A stretch of 64,000 bases of DNA from Sedimentisphaerales bacterium (GCA_016936075.1 JAFGPS010000086.1:3822-67821), one strand, 5' to 3'; positions 18,512-27,971 are shown, counted from the stretch's first letter. The notes: generated by a model from the letters alone, not told the origin. A program made the numbers and translations.

Positions 18512-18513
18512 AA

Positions 18514-18569
18514 TGTAGGGTGTGCTGTGTACATCATGTTCAAAATTGGTGTGCACAGCACACCCTACA
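18514..18569 (+). terminator. Long hairpin / intrinsic terminator following the hldD remnant
   Basis: TGTAGGGTGTGCTGTGTAC (18514-18532) pairs with GTGCACAGCACACCCTACA (18551-18569). This gives a 19-bp stem with one G-U pair and an 18-nt loop. A T-rich tract (ATATTATTTTT) follows. Confidence 0.65.
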
Positions 18570-18603
18570 ATATTATTTTTCTAAAAAGAAAGTGAGGGGA
18601 AAT

Positions 18604-19191
18604 ATGGGTAATAAAAAATCGACAAAACAATCAAAAACTATTGAAGATTTACAAAAAGCTTCAGAAGCCTTGTATTATGAAATAATGATGCTCAATAATT
18701 GTGCTTCAAGTCTCTCCGAATGTTCAAAAAATAGAATTCTGTTTTCACAGTTTACAGTCAATATATTAATAGAATCCTTTTGTGTGCATTTGAGAAACCT
18801 TATAGAATTCTTTGGTAAAAAGAAAACAGATAGCGATCGCATTACTAATGAGCATTTTTTACCTGAAAGTGTAAATGTATCATATCCTTATAACTTAAAG
18901 AAAAAATATAGTGGAAAAGTTAATAATTTACTATCTCATCTTACTTTTCATAGACTTTCATACCCTATTAATCAAAAAGAGTGGAATTTGAATCAGATTG
19001 CAAATGAAGTAAATGAAGATATAATACAGTTTTATAACAAAGCAGATAAACATCTCCTTTGTCCAAAAATAATAGAATATATTAATGCATTTCAATCTGG
19101 AGATAAAATGCAATATAATAGTTATACTTGTTCCACCAGCGATGCTACCCTACCTTCGGGAACAATCACCAAATTTTCTAAAGAATCATAA
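18604..19191 (+). CDS. Hypothetical protein (195 aa), AT-rich orphan gene
   Basis: The ATG at 18604 is preceded by GAGGGGA. The track start at 18520 lies inside the terminator hairpin and was rejected. I recognise no family. Confidence 0.5.
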   Translation: MGNKKSTKQSKTIEDLQKASEALYYEIMMLNNCASSLSECSKNRILFSQFTVNILIESFCVHLRNLIEFFGKKKTDSDRITNEHFLPESVNVSYPYNLKKKYSGKVNNLLSHLTFHRLSYPINQKEWNLNQIANEVNEDIIQFYNKADKHLLCPKIIEYINAFQSGDKMQYNSYTCSTSDATLPSGTITKFSKES

Positions 19192-19232
19192 GAATAAAGA
19201 AATCTTACCTTTGCAAGATTTAATGAAGAATG

Positions 19233-20117
19233 TCAGAGAGTAGGTATTTTCTCTATGATTCCAATTTGTTTAAGCCATTTTTCGCAAAGTTTTGGCCATT
19301 GTGAGACTGTGTGGTTTTCACCGGGTTCCATTCCGTAACCATGACCACCGGTTGGGAATATGTGTAATTCTGTTTGTATGCCCACATTCTTTAATGCGTT
19401 ATAATAATAAATGCTGTTCTCTACTCCTATGCTATCATCCTGAGTTTGGACGATAAATGTGCGAGGATTTTGTGAACTGACTTTTACATCTTCTCTTAAA
19501 CCGTTCCGGCCGTCATAGAGATAAGCCGGATACATAAGGATTGCGAAATCAGGTTTACAACTTAACGTATCCTTATCATCTACTGGTTCGTAACTATTTG
19601 TTGCATATTCACCGCTTGCTCTTGTGCAAAGATGCGCACCTGCTGAAAAGCCTATCACTCCAATTTGTTTCGAATCGATATTCCATCCCTCTGCATTGTC
19701 ACGAACGATTCGTATTGCCCGCTGAATATCTTTGAATGCGTTATCTCTTTGATTTGGTGCGCGGTATTTTAAAACAATTCCTGTGATGCCCAATGAATTG
19801 AACCATTCTGCTATTTTGGTTCCTTCCTTATTAAAAGCCAGATAACTATAACCACCTCCGGGACAGATTATGACGGCTGGTGTTTTTTCTTGTGATTGTT
19901 TTGATTTGAATACCGTTATTGACGGATCGGTAATATCTGTAATTCGGATTACATCGTCACCCCTGGAAGGCATGTTACTTTCCGTTTCCAAGCCTGCATT
20001 TTCACTCAAAGTGCTTTTTGGCCAGATTCGTATAACAACTACATTTTCTTCTGCACTCGCATGTGTAAAGTTATTAATTCCAAGAAGAATAACTGCTGAT
20101 ATAACAATTCTTTTCAT
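19233..20117 (-). CDS. Secreted alpha/beta-hydrolase (carbohydrate esterase / lipase-like)
   Basis: A signal peptide starts at the internal ATG (MKRIVISAVILLGINNFTHASA). The nucleophile elbow is GFSAGAH, with PGGGY and GGHGY motifs also present. Confidence 0.75.
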   Translation of the reverse strand: MKRIVISAVILLGINNFTHASAEENVVVIRIWPKSTLSENAGLETESNMPSRGDDVIRITDITDPSITVFKSKQSQEKTPAVIICPGGGYSYLAFNKEGTKIAEWFNSLGITGIVLKYRAPNQRDNAFKDIQRAIRIVRDNAEGWNIDSKQIGVIGFSAGAHLCTRASGEYATNSYEPVDDKDTLSCKPDFAILMYPAYLYDGRNGLREDVKVSSQNPRTFIVQTQDDSIGVENSIYYYNALKNVGIQTELHIFPTGGHGYGMEPGENHTVSQWPKLCEKWLKQIGIIEKIPTL

Positions 20118-20217
20118 AGCACAAACTCCGGCTTCTTCATTACTGTGAAAAAATACGAAGATTATGGCACAAGCCATCTTGGTGACTTCGTCGTTACGCT
20201 TCTCGCAATGTCAATTT

Positions 20218-20583
20218 CTAATCCAAACCTTCAAGCTGATTGATAAGGTCGCTAATTTCCTTGGCGGATTTATCATTCAGGCATTCAAGCAGATTGTCAA
20301 TTGCATCGCATTTTTCTTTTTCCTGTTTCTCATCAGCAGCAAGCGAAGGTAATTCCACCTGAAGAAAATAGTTTATAATATTTCTTTTCAGAGATACTTC
20401 ACTATCCTTAAATATTCTTGCGATACATTGATAAACATACGATTGAGGTTCTTTTTCCGGCGCAGGCTTGTCATCTCTTACGCTTTCTAAAATATTTCTT
20501 AAAAAGGCCGCGCGATAAATTGGTGCATACTCCCTCAATTGATCCAAATATTTAGCAAGATATGTGTACACTTCTGTAGGCAT
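20218..20583 (-). CDS. Hypothetical protein (121 aa)
   Basis: ATG-initiated ORF, co-directional with and downstream of fmt. No recognisable motif. Confidence 0.4.
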   Translation of the reverse strand: MPTEVYTYLAKYLDQLREYAPIYRAAFLRNILESVRDDKPAPEKEPQSYVYQCIARIFKDSEVSLKRNIINYFLQVELPSLAADEKQEKEKCDAIDNLLECLNDKSAKEISDLINQLEGLD

Positions 20584-20783
20584 AATTCTTAAACTCCAAT
20601 TTATGAATACGGCAGTTTTTTAACAAGCATCTATCTCTTCCCATACAGACAACCCACCACCGATTAGTATTTATTACCTTTTCAGCATAATAAATATCAT
20701 ATGTTAATAATTTTAGTATAATATTCTACGTTTTGTAAACTTTAAAAAAAATAAAAAATTGAGATTTATGCGATTATAGGATT

Positions 20784-21740
20784 TTAATGGCTGATTTTAG
20801 TAAATGAGTCGCCTGGTTTTGTGTTTCTTCCATTGACGAAGCATTTGAAATCCATTAAGCCTGAGCCGCTTGGTTTTATTTGTGTTATTTTCAGAGCATT
20901 TTGGCCGCAAATAACATTGAGATTTTCATCAAGAGTCCCCGGCGTCAATTTGGGTAAACTTGAATTTTCTACAACTTCAGCCATTGCGAAAGTAACTCGA
21001 ATTGATTTGTCTGTTTCTTTGGACACATAATTTGCTGAAGTACCGGGCCAGGGCCAAAAGCCGCGAATTTTCCTTTCCAATATATGCGCCGGCTCGCTGA
21101 AATCGATATGACCATCCGATTTCGAAAGTTTTGGAGCAAGCGTTGCCATGTCATGGTCCTGTTCGATATATTCGGCGGTACCATTTTCGATTTTGTCTAA
21201 AGTTTTTAAAAGCACTGGAGCGGCTAATTGTGCCAATTTATCATGTAATGAGCCAGCAGTATCATCTGGGGCTATTTCAATTTCTGATTTAGCTAAAACC
21301 GCACCAGCATCCATTTTTTGCGCCAATGTGATTATGCTTACGCCGCTGATTGCATCGCCGTTGATTATAGCCATATTAATCGGAGCGGCTCCACGATATT
21401 TTGGTAATAATGAAGCGTGAACATTTATCGCGCCTTTGGGAGGCAAATCCACAAGTTTCTGACTTACTTTCTGGCCAAATGCGATAACTAAAATTAAATC
21501 AGGATTATAACACGAAGCTATTTTATCTATATTATCATGAGTGTTAATATTTGAGGTTTCCATAAAAGGAACCGAGTGTAACATTGCCCAATTTGCTACT
21601 GGAGTAGGATTAGGTTTTCTGCCCCGCCCCGCCGGATTGGGAGGTTGTGTAACAATAAATACAAGCTCATGCGCCGAACCTTTAATTGCGTTAAGACAAT
21701 CTAATCCAAATTCACCGCTGCCGAAATATGCGATCCTCAT
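20784..21740 (-). CDS. fmt: Methionyl-tRNA formyltransferase
   Basis: MRIAYFGSGEFG, VTQPPNPAGRGRK and NVHASLLPKYRGAAPI are canonical Fmt motifs. Confidence 0.9.
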   Translation of the reverse strand: MRIAYFGSGEFGLDCLNAIKGSAHELVFIVTQPPNPAGRGRKPNPTPVANWAMLHSVPFMETSNINTHDNIDKIASCYNPDLILVIAFGQKVSQKLVDLPPKGAINVHASLLPKYRGAAPINMAIINGDAISGVSIITLAQKMDAGAVLAKSEIEIAPDDTAGSLHDKLAQLAAPVLLKTLDKIENGTAEYIEQDHDMATLAPKLSKSDGHIDFSEPAHILERKIRGFWPWPGTSANYVSKETDKSIRVTFAMAEVVENSSLPKLTPGTLDENLNVICGQNALKITQIKPSGSGLMDFKCFVNGRNTKPGDSFTKISH

Positions 21741-21796
21741 ATTATTTTACTTCCAGATTAAATTTTACTATTCTGTTTCCTTTATAAATCTCCGAT

Positions 21797-21826
21797 GATG
21801 GAAGATAGATGATAGACGATGGACGA
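21797..21826. repeat. Left arm of a 30-bp inverted repeat flanking the four-helix-bundle gene
   Basis: GATGGAAGATAGATGATAGACGATGGACGA matches the reverse complement of 22221-22250 at 27 of 30 positions. The first 16 positions are a perfect match. Confidence 0.8.
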
Positions 21827-21836
21827 AAAGAACAGA

Positions 21837-22238
21837 CTATTTAACGCTACAGAAGCTATCTGCTTTAATTTCCATCGTATGTAACATTGCAAATATATGT
21901 TCGTATTTTTCATCCAGTTTCGTAAATGCATTGTTATTTATATAATTACAAGCTAACGAAAATTCCAGCCATGTCTGTGTTTCTGCTCCTTCTTGTGCGG
22001 CATCAGATATTTTATTAAGAAAGACAGCTTTATACCTGCGTTTTCTCCATAATTCTGAAAGATTTGAACAAACTGACTTTGAAGACCTTCGCATCTGATC
22101 GACCATAGAATACATTTCTTCTTTTGGAAAACTTTTCGTTAATTCAAATATTTCCATCGCGGCTTCAAACGCAAGTTTATAAACATCCAGTTCCCTTACA
22201 CTACGAATCCTTTTGGATTGTCGTCCTTCGTCCCTCAT
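21837..22238 (-). CDS. Four-helix-bundle protein (23S rRNA intervening-sequence protein family)
   Basis: RELDVYKLAFEAAMEIFELTKSFPKEE and MRRSSKSVCSNLSE match the hallmark FRDLxVWQKA...P and RSxxSIxxNIAEG pattern of this family. The length (~130 aa) also fits. Confidence 0.8.
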   Translation of the reverse strand: MRDEGRQSKRIRSVRELDVYKLAFEAAMEIFELTKSFPKEEMYSMVDQMRRSSKSVCSNLSELWRKRRYKAVFLNKISDAAQEGAETQTWLEFSLACNYINNNAFTKLDEKYEHIFAMLHTMEIKADSFCSVK

Positions 22239-22250
22239 CTATCTTCCATC
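22221..22250. repeat. Right arm of the 30-bp inverted repeat (overlaps the first codons of the four-helix-bundle ORF)
   Basis: TCGTCCTTCGTCCCTCATCTATCTTCCATC is the reverse-complement partner of 21797-21826. Confidence 0.8.
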
Positions 22251-22258
22251 TTCTTTAG

Positions 22259-22789
22259 TTACTCATCCGCGGCATTTTCCTGTAGCTTTTTTAGCTGCTT
22301 TCGATTTGCAATCTTAGCGGCTGAGCCGAGACGATTAACAATAGTCATTCCTTCTATATGGTCATATTCATGCTGCAGTGCGCGAGCGTAAAGGTCTTCA
22401 CCTTCATCGGTAAACTCTTTACCATCAAGACCGGTTGCGGTTACTTTCGCGTATTTATATCTTCGAATTTTCGTATAAACTCTCGGCACGGAGAGACATC
22501 CTTCTTCTATTGAAACAAGCGGACCGGATGGAGTGACAGTCGGATTGATAAATACTTTAAGATTTTCCCTGCTGCAATCAATTGATATAATAAATAACCT
22601 GAGCGGCACACCTGCCTGAGGTGCGGCAAAACCGACTCCTTTGTTTTCACGCATCAGCTCATACATCTTTTCGATCAACTGTTTGATATTATCATTGATT
22701 TCTGTTACCGGTTCAGATTTCCTGGCAAGAACATCAGCCGGATAAAGCGTCATTTTACATTTATCAATATCTACCATTTTTTCTTCCAC
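22259..22789 (-). CDS. def: Peptide deformylase
   Basis: The three PDF motifs are present: GVGFAAPQ, EGCLSVP and QHEYDHIEG. Confidence 0.9.
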   Translation of the reverse strand: MEEKMVDIDKCKMTLYPADVLARKSEPVTEINDNIKQLIEKMYELMRENKGVGFAAPQAGVPLRLFIISIDCSRENLKVFINPTVTPSGPLVSIEEGCLSVPRVYTKIRRYKYAKVTATGLDGKEFTDEGEDLYARALQHEYDHIEGMTIVNRLGSAAKIANRKQLKKLQENAADE

Positions 22790-22798
22790 TATTTTTTA

Positions 22799-23542
22799 CT
22801 AATCAAATTCGTCGCCATCGAATGTGCTTCCGAGATACGACTTAATAACAGTTTCATTCTTGATAATTTCCGCCGGCGGCCCTGCACCAATTACCCTGCC
22901 ATGATCCATGATATATGCTTTATCAACAACTTCAAGCGTTCGTTCAACGTTATGGTCCGTAATTAAAATGCTCACTCCGGCATCTACAAGTCGGTGTATT
23001 TCATGCTGCAAATCCTCGACCGCAATCGGATCCACGCCACTGAAAGGCTCATCAAGCAGAATCAATGACGGCCTTGTTACCATTGCTCTTGCTATTTCAA
23101 GTTTTCTGCGTTCGCCGCCGGAAAGGAATCTTCCCTGGCTTTTTGCAACTTCACTCAGGCCAAATCGCTCGATGAGAGCATCTGCTATTTGTCTGCGTTC
23201 GGCCCTTCGTAAAGACATTGTTTCGAGAATAGCCAAAAGGTTATCACGAACACTAAGACGCTGAAAAATACTTGGCTCCTGTGATAAATACCCCATTCCA
23301 AGCCTTGCCCGCTTATACATGGGTAGTTTTGTGATATCATTTCCATCGAAAATGACTGTGCCGCTGCTGGGCGTAATCATTCCGATAATCATGCGGAAAG
23401 AAGTCGTTTTTCCAGCACCGTTGCGACCAAGCAGACCTACTATGCTCTGACGCTCGATAGTAATTGAAACTTCATTCACAACTACCCTGCCGGAATAGTG
23501 TTTTACTAATCCACTGGTTTCAAGAAGAGTTGTACTTAACAT
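22799..23542 (-). CDS. lptB: LPS export ABC transporter ATP-binding protein LptB
   Basis: Walker A is GRNGAGKTT, the signature is LSGGERRKLEIARA and Walker B is ILLDEP. An LptB-like MYKRARLGMGYLSQEPSIFQRLSVRDN block is present. Confidence 0.85.
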   Translation of the reverse strand: MLSTTLLETSGLVKHYSGRVVVNEVSITIERQSIVGLLGRNGAGKTTSFRMIIGMITPSSGTVIFDGNDITKLPMYKRARLGMGYLSQEPSIFQRLSVRDNLLAILETMSLRRAERRQIADALIERFGLSEVAKSQGRFLSGGERRKLEIARAMVTRPSLILLDEPFSGVDPIAVEDLQHEIHRLVDAGVSILITDHNVERTLEVVDKAYIMDHGRVIGAGPPAEIIKNETVIKSYLGSTFDGDEFD

Positions 23543-23776
23543 TTTACCTTTTTTAATATCATCCTGATAAAGTTAAAATTATAATTCAGCTTAATAAAAG
23601 TGGATTATAACAGGAATATCGACTAAATCAAACAAATAAGCAGCACTTAAATATAACGGGGGAAAAGAAAATATACTGGCATTAAAACTAATTTTCTGTT
23701 ATTAAATAGCATGTTTTTAGCGAAGTCAGCATAATTTGTTGCCTGAAAATTGAAAAAAATAAAATTAAGGTTATGT

Positions 23777-24553
23777 ATGTTTGCAGTTGTAAGTGATATA
23801 CACTCTAATATTGAAGCGCTATCTGTAGTAATGGATGACATCAAGAAACGCGGCATTAAGACGATTTACTGTCTTGGTGACGTAGTTGGTTACGGCCCAA
23901 ATCCTAAGGAATGCCTCGATCTTATGATTAACAAATCTCGATGGTGTGTTCTCGGGAACCATGACTACGCAGTTTTTTATGAGCCCACAAATTTCAACAT
24001 AGGCGCCGAACAGGCAAGTTTCTGGTCCCGTGAGGTCCTTGAATTAGAAGAAAATAAAGATATTAGAAACCTGCGATGGAGTTTTTTGGGGCGACTTCCT
24101 ATGCGTCGTACTCTCAAATACAAGATTGACTCGAATTTCGTAACTATGGATTTTGTCCATGCTTCACCAAGGCGGCCAATAAACGAATATATTTTCCCGG
24201 ATGATGTTTATAATAATCCCCTGAAAGTTCGTATGCTTTTCGAGAAAGTAAATCATATTTGTTTCGTAGGACATACTCACATGCCCGGCGTATTTCTGGA
24301 TGAGCCGGACTTTTATTTACCAAACGAACTGGGTGATTGCTACCCGATTGTAAACGAAGAAAAGGCTATTATAAATATTGGCTCTGTCGGTCAGCCAAGG
24401 GACAAGGACAACAGAGCTTCCTATGTATATGTGCAGGGAAACGAAGTACATTTTGTGCGTCTCGAATACGATTACGAGACAACGATGAAAAAGATTTATG
24501 AAATTGATCAACTTGACAATTTTCATGCAGAACGTCTGCCAAACGGAAGATAA
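23777..24553 (+). CDS. Calcineurin-like metallophosphoesterase
   Basis: MFAVVSDIHSN, CLGDVVGYG, GNHD and GHTH are metallophosphoesterase motifs. The start is set at the ATG at 23777; the track start is a TTG. Confidence 0.75.
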   Translation: MFAVVSDIHSNIEALSVVMDDIKKRGIKTIYCLGDVVGYGPNPKECLDLMINKSRWCVLGNHDYAVFYEPTNFNIGAEQASFWSREVLELEENKDIRNLRWSFLGRLPMRRTLKYKIDSNFVTMDFVHASPRRPINEYIFPDDVYNNPLKVRMLFEKVNHICFVGHTHMPGVFLDEPDFYLPNELGDCYPIVNEEKAIINIGSVGQPRDKDNRASYVYVQGNEVHFVRLEYDYETTMKKIYEIDQLDNFHAERLPNGR

Positions 24554-24580
24554 TGTTATTTTACTGACAGAAGATATAAT

Positions 24581-26578
24581 ATGCGATACTTAAAATGGAT
24601 TGTAATTGTTTTTGTAATTTTTTGTGGATTTCTTGTTGCGAAGTCAGGATTTTTTACGGTTTCACCTGAAACTTTTGAATATCCGATTCTTCTGCAGCAA
24701 ACAATATCAGGTGGCGACTCGGAAAATAACGAAGCTACTGAAACCAGCGATGCAGAAGCCACTGAAAATACAATAACTCAGCCTGCAAAAGAAGGCGTTT
24801 TCTCTGTAGAGCATAGTGAACTGAAAAATGTGACGCTTGGTTCAACAGATGTAAAAAGCGGATACAAATTTCAGATTGAATTAACTTCCAGGGGCGCCGC
24901 TATAGAAAAAGCAACTTTCAGTGAATTTAACGATAGAGATAGAAAAAATCCTCAGCCTCTCAATATTATTTCACCTGCAAAGCAAACTAAAGGCCCCGAA
25001 GTTCTGGCAATGGCAAACAGGGAATTCATGCTGCCGGAATATGATAAGCAATTGCGGCTGGAAAATTTATTTTGGCAAAGTTATGAACCTGAAACAAAAG
25101 AAGATGGTTCGCAAAGCGTACGTTTCGAAGCAATTGTAAAGGAACAAAATACTAATCAACCTTTTATTAAAATCATAAAAACATACACAATCAGAAAAGA
25201 CAGTTATCTTCTTGAATGTGATATAAAAGTAGAGAACCTTTCCGATTCCAAAGAACAAATTAGATTTAATTTCTACGGCCCTTCAGGATTAGAAAAGGAA
25301 GACTTCAGAACTGACATGCGGTCAACGGTCGCGTTTTATACAGATTCCGAGGGCCAAGTTCAAACTGAAATAGCCAACACCTCAGCACTCCGCAAAGCTA
25401 ACAATAGTAAATCGTTGGATAAAACGGGTTCGAACTTCGTTTGGACCGCTGCAATTAATAAATATTTTGCAGCTATTCTTGTTCCATTGCCTGATGCAAA
25501 TCAAGTTTACTGCGATTGGGTTAGTAAAAAAACTGGATTATTATATGATCCGAACGGAACCAGCAAGAAAGTAAGCCGTGACGCAATAATTGGAGTGAAT
25601 TTAAATATTGCAAATCGTGAATTGTCGGCTGCCGGTGAGGATGGAAGCACGAAAGATTATAATTTCAGGTTGTACATAGGCCCGAAAGAAAAAAGCATTT
25701 TCGACAAGAACGAACAGTATAAAAACTGGGGTTTAGTTAATGTCATTTCTTTCAATTCCTGCTTCTGCTGTCCCAACTGCCTGATTAATCCACTTGCATT
25801 CGGAATACTTGCCGCAATGAAATGGATGTACGGACTATGGCCGCATAATTATGGTATAGTTATTATCATCCTGGTTTTCTTAATGCGTCTTGCTATTCAC
25901 CCACTTACTAAAAAGAGCCAGGTATCTATGAGTAAGATGGGCAAACTGGGACCGAAGGTAGAAGCGATTAAGAAGAAATATGCCAACGACCAGAAAGAAA
26001 TGAATAAGAAAATGATGGAACTGTACAAAGAACAGGGAGCGTCACCGGTTATGGGAATGCTTCCTATGTTCGTACAGATGCCGATATGGATTGCTTTGTG
26101 GAGCGCAGTAAATACGAGTGTTGCTCTGCGAGGTGAAGGCTTCCTGCCATTCTGGATAACCGACCTTTCCACACCCGATGCTGCTTTTTCATTCCCAACT
26201 CCATTAGTAATACCGTTGTTAGGCTGGCATATTGCTTCAATAAATTTACTTCCTATCCTTATGGGCGTTGCGTTCTATTTCCAACAAAAACTTATGCCCT
26301 CTCAAACAGGAGCGGTTTCTAATCCGCAGATGGAACAGCAGCAGAAAATGATGAAAATCATGATGCCTCTAATGTTCCCAATCATGCTCTACAACGGCCC
26401 GTCAGGCGTAAATCTCTACATCATGTCAAGTACTTTCGCTGGTGTTATCGAACAAACTGTTATTCGCAAACATATCCAGGAAAGAGAAGCTGAAGAAGAA
26501 AAAGGCAAAGTTTCTGTTACCAAAAAAACCGGCGGCAAAGTTAAAAAGAAAAAACCAAAACCGTTCTTTAAAAGTTAG
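24581..26578 (+). CDS. yidC: Membrane protein insertase YidC (long periplasmic domain form)
   Basis: 665 aa with a C-terminal 60-kDa insertase core (YGIVIIILVFLMRLAIHPLTKKS, MMELYKEQGASPVMGMLPMFVQMPIWIALW). It ends in a basic tail. Confidence 0.9.
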   Translation: MRYLKWIVIVFVIFCGFLVAKSGFFTVSPETFEYPILLQQTISGGDSENNEATETSDAEATENTITQPAKEGVFSVEHSELKNVTLGSTDVKSGYKFQIELTSRGAAIEKATFSEFNDRDRKNPQPLNIISPAKQTKGPEVLAMANREFMLPEYDKQLRLENLFWQSYEPETKEDGSQSVRFEAIVKEQNTNQPFIKIIKTYTIRKDSYLLECDIKVENLSDSKEQIRFNFYGPSGLEKEDFRTDMRSTVAFYTDSEGQVQTEIANTSALRKANNSKSLDKTGSNFVWTAAINKYFAAILVPLPDANQVYCDWVSKKTGLLYDPNGTSKKVSRDAIIGVNLNIANRELSAAGEDGSTKDYNFRLYIGPKEKSIFDKNEQYKNWGLVNVISFNSCFCCPNCLINPLAFGILAAMKWMYGLWPHNYGIVIIILVFLMRLAIHPLTKKSQVSMSKMGKLGPKVEAIKKKYANDQKEMNKKMMELYKEQGASPVMGMLPMFVQMPIWIALWSAVNTSVALRGEGFLPFWITDLSTPDAAFSFPTPLVIPLLGWHIASINLLPILMGVAFYFQQKLMPSQTGAVSNPQMEQQQKMMKIMMPLMFPIMLYNGPSGVNLYIMSSTFAGVIEQTVIRKHIQEREAEEEKGKVSVTKKTGGKVKKKKPKPFFKS

Positions 26579-26581
26579 GGC

Positions 26582-27955
26582 ATGTATAATGCAAACGATA
26601 CAATCTTTGCAATAAGCTCTCCGACATCAGACAAGAGAGTAATTATCAGGATAACAGGACCTGATACGATTGCGATTTGTCGCAGACTATTCGATAGCCA
26701 GATTGTATCAGAAACAAAACGTACAATCACAAATTGTAAAATAAAAGTTGATAGCGAATTAGAACTGGCCGCCTTTTTGTATTTTTTCCCGTCGCCAAAT
26801 TCTTATACAGGTGATGATGTAGCGGAAATTCACGTTTATACAAATCCATCAGTTACAGAGACCATTTTAGATAAACTAATCAAGCTTGGTCTTCGCACAG
26901 CCGAGCCGGGTGAATTTACTTCACGTGCATATCTTAACGGCCGCATGGACCTCGCACAGGCTGAAGCAGTAAATGAGATTATAGTCAGTTCCAACCAGTT
27001 TCAGTTATCAGCGGCGGAAAATCTTCTTTCAGGAAAGTTATCACAAACTACAGAAGAAATTCTCTCTTCTATCATGGATTGTATGAGCAGACTCGAAGCC
27101 GGGCTGGACTTCTCCGGTGAAGAAATAGAGTTTATCTCTCAGAATGAAGCAATCGAAAAACTAAACCAAATAAAAGACAAGCTCGAAGAATTGCTATCCG
27201 GAAGCATTCGCTACGAAACATTGATTGAGTTACCTTCAATCGGAATCGCGGGCGCACCAAACGCGGGCAAAAGCACTCTGACAAACAAACTGCTCGGCTC
27301 AGAACGCAGCATAGTTTCGCACGAACGTAAAACCACAAGAGATGTCCTTACAGGAATGCTGCAACTTGCACACTATAATTGTGTTCTATTCGATTGTGCA
27401 GGCTTGATTGTAGAGCCTGAAAATATATTGGACGAACTGGCTCAGCAGTCAGCGATAGAAGCCTTACGAAACAGTGCGATTGTAATTTTCTGCGTAGATA
27501 TTTCCAAAGAGGAATGGACCGAAGATTTTGAAATCAGGAAACTGATAAATTCAAAACAAATAATTCCTATTGCAACAAAAAGCGACATGGTGGAACAAAA
27601 GAATCTTTCGGCCCTGTTAGACAAATTAAACAATCTGTTCGGAACCAATTTCCTCCTTGTTTCAGCAAATACTGATAAGGGCATAAGAGAATTACTCGAA
27701 AAAATTGATTCGATTCTCAGTTCTCATATATCGAATACGGAAAGTCCACTTGCGTTGGTTTCACGACATAAAAAAGCGATAACAGACGCAATTACAAATA
27801 TCAGTGAATCAATTGAAGAATTGAAGAATGGCAATGATGAAGTCTGCACAATGACTCTACGAGCGGCTTACAAAGAAATCTCACAAATCGAACAACACAA
27901 CCTCGACGACCAAATCTTAAACCAAATTTTTTCAAGGTTCTGCATCGGAAAATAA
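26582..27955 (+). CDS. mnmE: tRNA modification GTPase MnmE
   Basis: The G-domain motif is GAPNAGKSTL. The C-terminal FCIGK tetrapeptide is diagnostic of MnmE/TrmE. It lies immediately after yidC, as in many bacteria. Confidence 0.9.
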   Translation: MYNANDTIFAISSPTSDKRVIIRITGPDTIAICRRLFDSQIVSETKRTITNCKIKVDSELELAAFLYFFPSPNSYTGDDVAEIHVYTNPSVTETILDKLIKLGLRTAEPGEFTSRAYLNGRMDLAQAEAVNEIIVSSNQFQLSAAENLLSGKLSQTTEEILSSIMDCMSRLEAGLDFSGEEIEFISQNEAIEKLNQIKDKLEELLSGSIRYETLIELPSIGIAGAPNAGKSTLTNKLLGSERSIVSHERKTTRDVLTGMLQLAHYNCVLFDCAGLIVEPENILDELAQQSAIEALRNSAIVIFCVDISKEEWTEDFEIRKLINSKQIIPIATKSDMVEQKNLSALLDKLNNLFGTNFLLVSANTDKGIRELLEKIDSILSSHISNTESPLALVSRHKKAITDAITNISESIEELKNGNDEVCTMTLRAAYKEISQIEQHNLDDQILNQIFSRFCIGK

Positions 27956-27971
27956 TAATTACTGCAAGATT

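Noticed and set aside
18520-18603. Upstream extension of the 223-aa ORF (track start MCCVHHVQNWCAQHTLQ...).
   Set aside because: These codons are simply the translated arms and loop of the 19-bp terminator hairpin after the hldD remnant. A good SD + ATG at 18604 gives a cleaner start.
19200-19221. AAATCTT-N8-AAGATTT hairpin between the convergent orphan gene and esterase gene, as a bidirectional terminator.
   Set aside because: It is only a 7-bp all-A/T-dominated stem with no flanking U-tract, which is too weak to call.
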